Source: Rhizobacter sp. (GTDB lineage Bacteria > Pseudomonadota > Gammaproteobacteria > Burkholderiales > Burkholderiaceae_C). Taken from it: DNA of 40,167 bases. The notes beneath the pieces are model-generated. The model did no database searches and had not been told where the DNA came from. It saw nothing but the letters and a program-made list of their open reading frames with translations. The translations under genes were made by a program, and so were the position numbers. Where the stretch lies: NCBI GenBank assembly GCA_043732605.1, contig JAYTHL010000175.1, forward strand, positions 1 through 40,167, given 5' to 3'. Numbering within the stretch: the stretch's first letter is position 1; each line of letters starts with the position of its first letter. This document shows, piece by piece, positions 9,973 to 22,297 of this stretch.

Positions 9973-10306
9973 AGGCGCAAGCGCGGCGCGCGCCGTCGCC
10001 CTGGCGCTCGCCGCGTTCTCCGTCCCGGCCGTCATGGCCGCGGACGCCGACGTGCTCGCGCAGGGCAAGGCGCTCTTCCTCCAAGGCGCCGTGCCGCCGT
10101 GCGCGGCCTGCCACACGCTGAAGGACGCCGGCGCGAGCGGCGCCATCGGCCCGGTGCTCGACGAGCTGCAGCCCGATGCCGATCGCGTGATCTCGGCCAT
10201 GAAGAACGGCATCGGCCTGATGCCGTCGTTCCGGACCACGCTCGACGACGCGCAGATGCGTGCCCTCGCGCGCTACGTCTCGAAGGCCAGCGGAGGCGCG
10301 AAGTAG
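9965..10306 (+). CDS. sorU: Monoheme cytochrome c (SorU-like electron acceptor)
   Basis: Signal peptide, CAACH, GAIGPVLD, distal Met in GIGLMP; TTG start overlaps the sorT stop. Confidence 0.82.
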   Translation: MSRGASAARAVALALAAFSVPAVMAADADVLAQGKALFLQGAVPPCAACHTLKDAGASGAIGPVLDELQPDADRVISAMKNGIGLMPSFRTTLDDAQMRALARYVSKASGGAK

Positions 10307-10313
10307 GAGCCCG

Positions 10314-12101
10314 GTGAACGACTGGGCCGCGCGGGTCGTCGGGCCCTGGATCCACCGCGTCGACCGGACGACGTTGCGCGCCGATCTCGTCGCCGGCATG
10401 CTTGGCGCACTGCTCGTGCTGCCGCAGGCGTTCGCGTTCGCGGCGCTGGCCGGGCTGCCGCCCGAATACGGGCTCTACACGGCGGTCGTGCCGTGCATCG
10501 TCGCGGCCCTGTTCGGATCGAGCTGGCACGTCGTCTCGGGCCCGACGAACGCGAACTCGCTGGCCCTGTTCGCGACCCTCGCGCCGCTCTCCGTCGTCGG
10601 CTCGCCCCAGTACATCGCGCTCGCGCTGGCGGTGACGGTGATCGTCGGCGCGATGCAGCTCCTGATCGGCGTGCTGCGTCTCGGCTCGATCGCCAACTTC
10701 ATCTCGCCCGCTGCGCTGCGCGGCTTCATGGGCGGGGCCGCGGCGCTGATCGCGCTCTATGCGATTCCCGACCTGCTCGGCCTCGCCGCGCCGAGCGCGC
10801 ATCGGCTCGGCAGCCTGGCCGAAGACCTGTGGGCCCACCGATTCGAGACGTCGGCAGCGGCGATGGCCGTCGGTCTGCTCACGATCGTCGCGGCGATCGC
10901 GCTCAAGCGGTGGCTGCCGCGCTCGCCCTACATGCTGCTCGGCCTCGTCGGCGCGACCGCGCTCGCCTACGTGCTCGATCGCTGGGCGACGGGCGCAGGC
11001 AAACCCATCGCGGTCATCGGCGCGATCCCGCCCATCTGGCCGCACCTCGTCCTCCCCGATCTCGACCTGCGCACCTTGCCCGACCTGGTCGGCATCGCCT
11101 TCGCGCTCACCATCGTCGCGCTCGGCCAGTCGATCTCGATCGCCAAGGCGGTCGCAGAGCGCTCGGGCCAGCACATCGACGCCAACCGCGAGTTCCGCGG
11201 CCAGGGCCTGTCGAACCTGGTCGGTGGACTGTTCTCGTCGTACGTCTCGTGCGGCTCGTTCAATCGCTCGCTGCCGAACTACGAGGCCGGCGCGCGCACA
11301 CCGCTGGCGGCGGTGTTCGCGTCGCTCTGGCTGCTGCTGCTCGTCGCGGTGAGCTCGCCGCTGCTGGCGCTGATCCCGGTGCCGGCGATCGCGGCACTGC
11401 TCCTGCTCGTGTCGTGGTCGCTGTTCGACGTCGCCGCGTGGCGCCGGCTCTGGCGCTTCAGCCGCGAGGACTTCGCCGTCGCCGCCGCGACCTTCGTCGC
11501 GACGATCACGATCAAGCTCGAGATGGCGATCCTGCTCGGCACGATCCTGTCGCTCGTCACCTACCTGATGCGCACGTCGAAGCCGGCGATCCGCATCATG
11601 GGCTTCGACAGCACGACGTCGGCGCGGCCCTTCGTCGTCCGCGCCGACGTGGCACAGCCGCTGCCCGAATGCCCGCAGCTGAAGATGGTCCGGATGGAAG
11701 GCGAGGTCTACTTCGGCGCCGTCTCGCACGTCGGCGACCTGCTGCGCGACCTGCGCGCGCCGTCGCATTCGCCGCGGCACCTGCTGGTGATGGCCAAGAG
11801 CATGAACTTCATCGACCTCGCCGCGGCCGGGATGTGGCGCGGCGAGATGCTGGTGCGACGCGAGAGCGGCGGCGACCTCTACTTCCACCGGCCGCGCGCG
11901 CCCGTGCTCGAGCTCTGGCAGCGAGTCGGCTTCATGCGCGAGCTCGGCAGCGACCACATCTTCCCGGCCAAGCGCATCGCCATCGCGACGATCTTCGATC
12001 GCCTCGACCGCGCGATCTGCGCCCACTGCACGATCCGCGTCTTCGAGGAATGCCAGACGCTGCCGTTGCCGGTCGACGACGACGCCGTCCAGAGGCGCTG
12101 A
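10314..12101 (+). CDS. SulP/SLC26 inorganic anion transporter with STAS domain
   Basis: DLVAG, LPQAFAFA, PPEYGLY, GSS...SGPT, GSFNRS; STAS motifs YFGA and NFIDLAA; AGGAG RBS before GTG 10314. Confidence 0.92.
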   Translation: MNDWAARVVGPWIHRVDRTTLRADLVAGMLGALLVLPQAFAFAALAGLPPEYGLYTAVVPCIVAALFGSSWHVVSGPTNANSLALFATLAPLSVVGSPQYIALALAVTVIVGAMQLLIGVLRLGSIANFISPAALRGFMGGAAALIALYAIPDLLGLAAPSAHRLGSLAEDLWAHRFETSAAAMAVGLLTIVAAIALKRWLPRSPYMLLGLVGATALAYVLDRWATGAGKPIAVIGAIPPIWPHLVLPDLDLRTLPDLVGIAFALTIVALGQSISIAKAVAERSGQHIDANREFRGQGLSNLVGGLFSSYVSCGSFNRSLPNYEAGARTPLAAVFASLWLLLLVAVSSPLLALIPVPAIAALLLLVSWSLFDVAAWRRLWRFSREDFAVAAATFVATITIKLEMAILLGTILSLVTYLMRTSKPAIRIMGFDSTTSARPFVVRADVAQPLPECPQLKMVRMEGEVYFGAVSHVGDLLRDLRAPSHSPRHLLVMAKSMNFIDLAAAGMWRGEMLVRRESGGDLYFHRPRAPVLELWQRVGFMRELGSDHIFPAKRIAIATIFDRLDRAICAHCTIRVFEECQTLPLPVDDDAVQRR

Positions 12102-12122
12102 GTCGGTCGCCGGCACCGGGGT

Positions 12123-12142
12123 TATCCCCAAACGAGGGGATA
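12123..12142. promoter_or_regulatory. Perfect 7-6-7 inverted repeat, candidate operator upstream of the di-heme gene
   Basis: TATCCCC-aaacga-GGGGATA in an otherwise GC-rich intergenic region. Confidence 0.45.
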
Positions 12143-12239
12143 GAGCGCCGAAACCTGGCGGATCTCGACTCCGGATTGCGCTTTACCAAATAGCAGTCGC
12201 ACGCGAATCGCCGCGCGACGCCACCGGAGGAGAGCCGCA

Positions 12240-13703
12240 ATGCAGCATCGACGTGGATTGGCCCTGATCGCGCTCCTGGCGCTCGGCGGTGGATGGATGT
12301 CGGCGGCCCACGCCGACCGCGACGACGACGATCGCCGCCGCCCTGCGGTGCCGCAGCTGCACCACGCGAGGAACGACAGCGGCGTGGCGTCGACGATCAG
12401 CACCAACGGCTTCATCGACACCAGGAATCCCTTCTTCCGTCCGCTCGGCACCAACGAGCGCAGCTGCTTCACCTGCCACCAACCGCAGGACGGCTGGTCG
12501 ATCGTGCCGAAGAGCCTGCGCGAGCGCTTCGAGCAGACGCGCGGCAACGATCCGGTCTTTCGCCTGGTCGACGGCGCCAACTCGCCGCGCGCCGACGTCT
12601 CGACCTACCGCGCCCGAGAGAAGGCGTACAGCATGCTGCTGAGCAAGGGACTGATTCGGGTCGGCCTGCCGATCCCGGCGACGGCGCAGTTCGAGCTCGT
12701 CGCAGTCGACGATCCGTACGGCTTCGCGAGTGCCACCGAGCTCTCGCTCTTTCGGCGCCCGCTCGCGACGACCAACCTGCGCTTCCTGAGCACGGTGATG
12801 TGGGACGGCCGCGAGACGCTGCGCGACGCGACCTCGACGCTCTGCATCTTCAACACCACGACCTGCTTCGCGCCGCTCGGCGTCGACCTCGCGACGCAGT
12901 CGAGCGACGCCGTCGTCACCCATGCCCAGGGCGCGGCGCCGCTCACCCAGGCCCAGCGCGACGCGATCATCGACTTCGAGCTCGGCCTCTTCACGGCGCA
13001 GGTCCTGGATGACAAGGCCGGCCGCCTCACCGTCCACGGCGCGCTCGGCGGGCCGACGAACCTGCAGGGCGTGATGTCGTACTTCGGCATCAACGACACG
13101 CTGGTCGGCGACTACAAGTCGCACGCGAGCTTCTCGCCCGAGGTGATCACGCTCTACAAGGGCTGGCAGTCGTATCTCGAGGACGCGCGCCGGCCCGAGG
13201 CCGAGGACCGCGACCGCGGCGTCGCCGTCGCGCGCCGCGCCATCGCCCGAGGCGAGGCGCTCTTCAACGGCAAGCCGATCGCCATCACCGGCGTCAAGGG
13301 CCTCAACGACGACCTCAACGTCGCCGTCATCCAGGGCACGTGCACGACCTGCCACAACACGCCCAACGCCGGCAACCACTCGGTGCCGCTGCCGCTCGAC
13401 ATCGGCCTGACCGACGCGAGCCGGCGCACGCCCGACCTGCCGCTCTACACGCTGCGCAACAAGACCACCGGCCAGACCGTGCAGACGAGCGACCCGGGCC
13501 GGGCGCTGATCACCGGCCAGTGGAAGGACATCGGCCGCTTCAAGGGACCGACGCTGCGCGCCCTCGCGCCGCGTGCGCCGTACTTCCACAACGGCTTCGC
13601 CAAGGACCTGCACGAGGCCGTCACCTTCTACAACGACCGCTTCAACATCGGCTTCACCGACCAGGAGCGCGACGACCTGGTCGCCTTCCTGCGGTCGCTG
13701 TAG
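12240..13703 (+). CDS. Secreted di-heme cytochrome c enzyme, bCcP/MauG superfamily
   Basis: Signal peptide; CFTCH and CTTCH; MWDGR; DPGRA...GRFKGPTLR...APYFHNG; GGAGGA RBS. Confidence 0.85.
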   Translation: MQHRRGLALIALLALGGGWMSAAHADRDDDDRRRPAVPQLHHARNDSGVASTISTNGFIDTRNPFFRPLGTNERSCFTCHQPQDGWSIVPKSLRERFEQTRGNDPVFRLVDGANSPRADVSTYRAREKAYSMLLSKGLIRVGLPIPATAQFELVAVDDPYGFASATELSLFRRPLATTNLRFLSTVMWDGRETLRDATSTLCIFNTTTCFAPLGVDLATQSSDAVVTHAQGAAPLTQAQRDAIIDFELGLFTAQVLDDKAGRLTVHGALGGPTNLQGVMSYFGINDTLVGDYKSHASFSPEVITLYKGWQSYLEDARRPEAEDRDRGVAVARRAIARGEALFNGKPIAITGVKGLNDDLNVAVIQGTCTTCHNTPNAGNHSVPLPLDIGLTDASRRTPDLPLYTLRNKTTGQTVQTSDPGRALITGQWKDIGRFKGPTLRALAPRAPYFHNGFAKDLHEAVTFYNDRFNIGFTDQERDDLVAFLRSL

Positions 13704-13749
13704 CACGGGACGAGGGAGAACCACCATCTCGGCATTGCGCCCCGTCCCG

Positions 13750-13977
13750 ATGGACCCGCTGCACCGGCTCGTCGTCAAACTGGCGATCACGACCACCGCA
13801 GTCGCGGTCATCGCCGCGGTCACCGTCAACGACCCGCCCGCGTCGCGCCGTGCCGACGCCGCCAGCGACGTGGCGCCGGCGAGCCTCGTGCCGACGTCTG
13901 CGATGCCCGCCGAGCCGAGCCACGCGCCGCTGTCCGACGCCGCGCCGACCTCGGCATCGGACCCGCCCGAACCGTGA
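13750..13977 (+). CDS. Small hypothetical protein (75 aa): N-terminal hydrophobic segment, Pro/Ala/Ser-rich tail
   Basis: MDPLHRLVVKLAITTTAVAVIAAVTVNDPP...; fills the gap between the di-heme gene and the sigma factor; GC3-rich codons. Confidence 0.55.
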   Translation: MDPLHRLVVKLAITTTAVAVIAAVTVNDPPASRRADAASDVAPASLVPTSAMPAEPSHAPLSDAAPTSASDPPEP

Positions 13978-14094
13978 GCGGCGCGACGCGCGGAGTCGCC
14001 GTGCCGGCGCCGTCGTTACGAACGGTCGCATCCGGCCGCCCTGCGCGGCGTCGCGATCGCTCCTGAAACGGCTCGGCGCGCGCACAATTTCGCC

Positions 14095-14670
14095 ATGGCT
14101 GTCGCGCATGAATCCAAGCCGCCGCAAGACGCCCGTCCGGCGGCCGATCCGCCCCGCGCTCCGTGCGCGAGCGACGCGCTCTTCACCGCGCTCTACCAGG
14201 AGCTCCATCGCCTGGCGCGACGCGAGGCGGCGCGCGCCGGTCCGGGCGCGGTGCTGAGCCCGACGACGATCATCCACGAGGTCTACCTCGACATGTCGCA
14301 GCGCCACGCGCTCGCCTTTCCCGACCGCGGCCATTTCCTCGCCTACGCGGCGCGGGCGATGCGCGCCGTGGTCATCGACCGGGCCCGCGCGAACGGCGCG
14401 CAGAAGCGCGGTGGCGGCCTCGACATCACGTCGCTCGACACCGAGACCGCGGAGAGCGTCGCCGAGCCGGGGCTGCTTGAGGACATCGGCGCCGCGCTCG
14501 ACGAGCTTGCTGCGCTCGAGCCCGCGCTCGCCAACGTCGTCGACCTGAAGTTCTTCTGCGGCTTCTCGGTCGCCGAGATCGCAGCCTTGCAGGGCGTGTC
14601 GGATCGCACCGTGCAGCGGCAGTGGGAGAAGGCGCGCCTGCTCCTCTACCGCGCGCTCGGCGCTCAGTGA
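14095..14670 (+). CDS. ECF sigma factor, kinase-associated type (ECF43/TIGR02999-like)
   Basis: LYQELHRLA, LSPTTIIHEVY, HFLAYAARAMR...ID.AR...AQKRGG, VVDLKFFCG, VSDRTVQRQWEKAR. Confidence 0.9.
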   Translation: MAVAHESKPPQDARPAADPPRAPCASDALFTALYQELHRLARREAARAGPGAVLSPTTIIHEVYLDMSQRHALAFPDRGHFLAYAARAMRAVVIDRARANGAQKRGGGLDITSLDTETAESVAEPGLLEDIGAALDELAALEPALANVVDLKFFCGFSVAEIAALQGVSDRTVQRQWEKARLLLYRALGAQ

Positions 14671-14683
14671 ACAGGCCCGTCGC

Positions 14684-15988
<1,305 letters not shown>

Positions 15989-15997
15989 GTCGATCCG

Positions 15998-16567
15998 CTA
16001 CAGCGACATGCGCTGCAGCTCGGGCTCGCGGTCGATCAGCTGGTGCTTGAGCGCGCCGCCGACGTGCAGCGCCAGCAGCCCGTACAGGATGTAGCCGAAG
16101 GCGGTGTGGAAGGTGCCGAAGAGATCGTGAAGCGACTCCTTCGTCACCGGCTCGATGCTCATGATGAAGCCGATGCGCGGCCAGGGCACGAGGCCGAAGA
16201 GCTGCATGGGATGCGTCGCCGCGTCTTTCCATGCCGAGTCGTGAAGCCAGCCGGAGAGCGGCAACAGCAGCATCAGCGCGTAGAGCACGCCGTGCGCGGC
16301 GTGCGCGGCGAAGCGCTCCCAGCGCGCGTAGCTGCGCGGCAGAGGCGGCGGCGGATGGCCGATGCGCCAGAGGATGCGCAGCAGCACCAGCCCGAGCACC
16401 GTGATGCCGGTTGACTTGTGAGCATCGATGACCGGCCGGACCCACTCGTCGGGCAGGCTGTCGGCGCTCAGCGCGAGCGCGACGTTGGCGATGATGACAA
16501 CGGCGACGAGCCAGTGCAGGACGACGGCCGTGCGGGTGTAGCGGTCGGTCGTGGAGACGAAGGACAT
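15998..16567 (-). CDS. Cytochrome b561 (CybB/YceJ family)
   Basis: RY...LHWL, HKSTG, AHGVLY...PLSG, H...LHVGGALKHQ...LQRM; four TM helices. Confidence 0.9.
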   Translation of the reverse strand: MSFVSTTDRYTRTAVVLHWLVAVVIIANVALALSADSLPDEWVRPVIDAHKSTGITVLGLVLLRILWRIGHPPPPLPRSYARWERFAAHAAHGVLYALMLLLPLSGWLHDSAWKDAATHPMQLFGLVPWPRIGFIMSIEPVTKESLHDLFGTFHTAFGYILYGLLALHVGGALKHQLIDREPELQRMSL

Positions 16568-16732
16568 CGCTCTATTTCACACCACGGCGAAACTTTGCAC
16601 GCCGGGCGGTGTCCCTCTGCGTCCGCTGGTCTTCGTGCTGCGTAGCGTTCGTTGTTCTGCGTATGCTTCGCGCGGCCCGGCGTTCGGGTCTCGTGCCGCG
16701 ACCTTCCGGCTCCTCTTCGTCCCATTCGTCCC

Positions 16733-18211
16733 TTGACCGATTCGCTCGCGCCGGCCCTGGCACTCGCCTCGTCGCGCCTCTCGCCGCCGCCGACTCCCGC
16801 GCGCAGCGCCGTGATCCACGGCGTCGTGCTCGCGGCGTGGGTGACGCTCTTCGTCCTCGCCTTCCGCCAGGGCGGCGTCTTCGCCTGGTCGGTGGGACTG
16901 GCCTACATCGCCTACGACACCGTGCTCCAGGCATTCGTCGGCTGGCAGACATGGCGTCTGCTGCGACCCGCGGCCGTGCCGGCGAGCGAGGGCGAGCGCT
17001 GCACGATGACGGTGATCGTCGCCGCGCACAACGAGGCCGCCGTCCTGCCGGCGACCATCGCCGCGCTGCTCGCCCAGACCGACGGCGCCGACGAGATCGT
17101 GATCGCCGACGACGGCTCGAGCGACGCGACCGGGGCGGTGCTCGGTGATCGCTATGCCTTCGCAGCGCCCGCACTCGGCGCCGAGAGCACGGTCCGCGAC
17201 GGCGCAACGTCGCTCGTCTGGCTGCGCCTGCCGCACGGCGGCAAGGCGCGTGCGCTCAACGCAGCAATCCTGCGCACGCGGACCGACATCGTCGTCACCG
17301 TCGACGGCGACACGCTGCTCGACCCGCGCGCGCTGGCCGCGCTGCGGCGCGCCTTCTCGGCCGAGCCCGCGCTCGCCGGCGTCACCGGCGTGATCACGCC
17401 GGTGTGCCGGCCGACGCTCGCCGGCCGCTGCCTCGAGTGGTTCCAGACCTACGAGTACATCCGCAACTTCCTGTCGCGCTACGCGTGGATGAACCTCGAC
17501 AGCCTGCTGCTCGTCTCGGGCGCCTTCGCCGGCTTCCGTCGCGCCGCGGTGGTCGAGGTGGGCGGCTTCGATCCGGCGTGCCTGGTCGAGGACTACGAGC
17601 TCATCCATCGCCTGCGCCGCCATGCCGTCGACCACGGCCTCGACTGGCGCTTTCGCGTCCTCGGCGACGCGCAGGCGCGCACCGAAGCGCCGGGCAGCGT
17701 CGGCGCCTTCCTGCGCCAGCGCCGGCGCTGGTTCGGCGGCTTCCTGCAGACGCAGTACTGGTACCGGGCGATGGTCGGCGATCGTCGCCATGGCTGGCTC
17801 GGCCTGTTGATGCTGCCGGTGAAGGCGGTCGACACGCTGCAGCCGCTCTACGGCCTGACGGCGTTCGCGCTGCTCGTCGTCTACGCCGCGATCGGACGGC
17901 TCGACGTGATCGCGCCCGTCGCCGGCGTCATCGGCGCCAAGATCGCGATCGATCTCGCCTTCCATCTCTGGTCGGTGCATCTCTACCGTCGCTGGGTCGA
18001 CGACGCACAGCGCGCCAGCTTCGGCTCGGCGCTGTTGGCCGCGCTCGCCGAGCCGTTCACGTTCCAGCTGCTGCGCCACACCGGCGCCTTGCTCGGCTGG
18101 GTCTCGTTTCTCACCGGCAGCCGCCGCTGGGGCCGGCAGACGCGCTTCGGGCTCGACGTCGTCGAGGCCGACGGCGCGGCTGCCGCCGAGCTCACCGACC
18201 GCTCGCGCTGA
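16733..18211 (+). CDS. Processive glycosyltransferase family 2 (PgaC/cellulose synthase-like)
   Basis: AAHNE, DDGSSD, GGKARALN, DGD, VED and QRRRW motifs with flanking TM helices. Start uncertain (TTG 16733). Confidence 0.88.
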   Translation: MTDSLAPALALASSRLSPPPTPARSAVIHGVVLAAWVTLFVLAFRQGGVFAWSVGLAYIAYDTVLQAFVGWQTWRLLRPAAVPASEGERCTMTVIVAAHNEAAVLPATIAALLAQTDGADEIVIADDGSSDATGAVLGDRYAFAAPALGAESTVRDGATSLVWLRLPHGGKARALNAAILRTRTDIVVTVDGDTLLDPRALAALRRAFSAEPALAGVTGVITPVCRPTLAGRCLEWFQTYEYIRNFLSRYAWMNLDSLLLVSGAFAGFRRAAVVEVGGFDPACLVEDYELIHRLRRHAVDHGLDWRFRVLGDAQARTEAPGSVGAFLRQRRRWFGGFLQTQYWYRAMVGDRRHGWLGLLMLPVKAVDTLQPLYGLTAFALLVVYAAIGRLDVIAPVAGVIGAKIAIDLAFHLWSVHLYRRWVDDAQRASFGSALLAALAEPFTFQLLRHTGALLGWVSFLTGSRRWGRQTRFGLDVVEADGAAAAELTDRSR

Positions 18212-18240
18212 GGCGGCAGAATCGCGCCCGGAGTCGGGCG

Positions 18241-18729
18241 ATGGCAAGGAAACCAGCACACGTGAGCGAGACGCCGGCGACGCAGTCGCTGCGCCGTGCC
18301 GGCATCGCCTTCAGCGAGCACGCCTATGACTACGTCGAGCACGGCGGCACGGCCGAGTCGGCGCGCCAGCTCGGCATCGACGAGCACGCTGTCGTCAAGA
18401 CGCTCGTGATGCAGAACGAGAAAGCCGAGCCGCTGATCGTGCTGATGCACGGCGACAAGCAGGTGAGCACCAAGAACCTGGCGCGCGCGATCGGCGCGAA
18501 GTCGGTCGTGCCGTGCACGCCCGAGGCGGCGGAGCGGGCGAGCGGCTACCAGGTCGGCGGCACGTCGCCGTTCGCGACGCGAAAGGCGCTGCCGGTGTTC
18601 GTCGAGGCGTCGGTCCTCGCGCTCGAGCGGCTCTACATCAACGGCGGCCGGCGCGGCTATCTGATCGGCATCGCGCCGCGCGTCCTCATCGAGCAGCTGC
18701 GGGCGACGCCGGTGTCGTGCGCGCTCTGA
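18241..18729 (+). CDS. ybaK: Cys-tRNA(Pro) deacylase / aminoacyl-tRNA editing protein
   Basis: ETPAT, VVKTLV, GYQVGGTSPF, INGGRRG; GGAG RBS. Confidence 0.92.
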   Translation: MARKPAHVSETPATQSLRRAGIAFSEHAYDYVEHGGTAESARQLGIDEHAVVKTLVMQNEKAEPLIVLMHGDKQVSTKNLARAIGAKSVVPCTPEAAERASGYQVGGTSPFATRKALPVFVEASVLALERLYINGGRRGYLIGIAPRVLIEQLRATPVSCAL

Positions 18730-18792
18730 GCATGCCTCGCGTCGTCACGAACCCGGCGCGCACAATGGTCTGCATGACTCGGTCACCCGTTC

Positions 18793-21546
<2,754 letters not shown>

Positions 21547-21625
21547 ATCCGCTGCGCCCAGGGGTTCACGCGCATTCCCGGCTGCGACGGTCCAGAATCA
21601 GCTGCCTCGCGCCCGCATCGCCGCC

Positions 21626-22285
21626 ATGACCGCACTCTTGCCGCTGCTCGCCACGCTCGCCGCCTATCTGGTCGGCTCGCTGTCGTTCGCCGTCATCGTC
21701 AGCCGCCTGATGGGACTGAGCGATCCGCGCACCTACGGCTCGGGCAATCCGGGTGCGACCAACGTGCTGCGCTCGGGCAGCAAGACCGCTGCCATCCTGA
21801 CGCTGGTGCTCGACGCGCTCAAGGGCTACGTGCCGGTCGTGCTCGCGGTGTACTTCGGTCCGCGCTGGGGCCTCGGCGAAGGCACGGTCGCGCTGGTCGC
21901 GCTCGCCGCCTTCCTGGGTCACCTCTGGCCGGTGTTCTTCCGCTTCAAGGGCGGCAAGGGCGTGGCGACGGCCGCCGGCGCGCTGCTCGGCATCGATCCG
22001 CTACTCGGCGCGGCGACGATCGCGACCTGGCTCATCATCGCCGCGTTCTTGCGCTACTCGTCGCTCGCCTCGATCGTCGCCGCAGTGTTCGCGCCGTTCT
22101 GGCAACTGCTGACGCAAGGTCCCGACCCGATCGCAGCGGCCGTCTTCGTGATGGGACTGCTGCTGCTCTGGCGCCACAGCGCCAACATCAAGCGCCTGCT
22201 CGCGGGCACCGAGAGCAAGCTCGGCAAGAGCGATGCGCCGGCGCGGCCGCCGCGGACGAAGACGCGGCGCGCGGCACGGCGCTGA
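21626..22285 (+). CDS. plsY: Glycerol-3-phosphate acyltransferase
   Basis: [43 protein letters not shown]. Confidence 0.95.
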   Translation: MTALLPLLATLAAYLVGSLSFAVIVSRLMGLSDPRTYGSGNPGATNVLRSGSKTAAILTLVLDALKGYVPVVLAVYFGPRWGLGEGTVALVALAAFLGHLWPVFFRFKGGKGVATAAGALLGIDPLLGAATIATWLIIAAFLRYSSLASIVAAVFAPFWQLLTQGPDPIAAAVFVMGLLLLWRHSANIKRLLAGTESKLGKSDAPARPPRTKTRRAARR

Positions 22286-22297
22286 CCGCGCGCTGCC

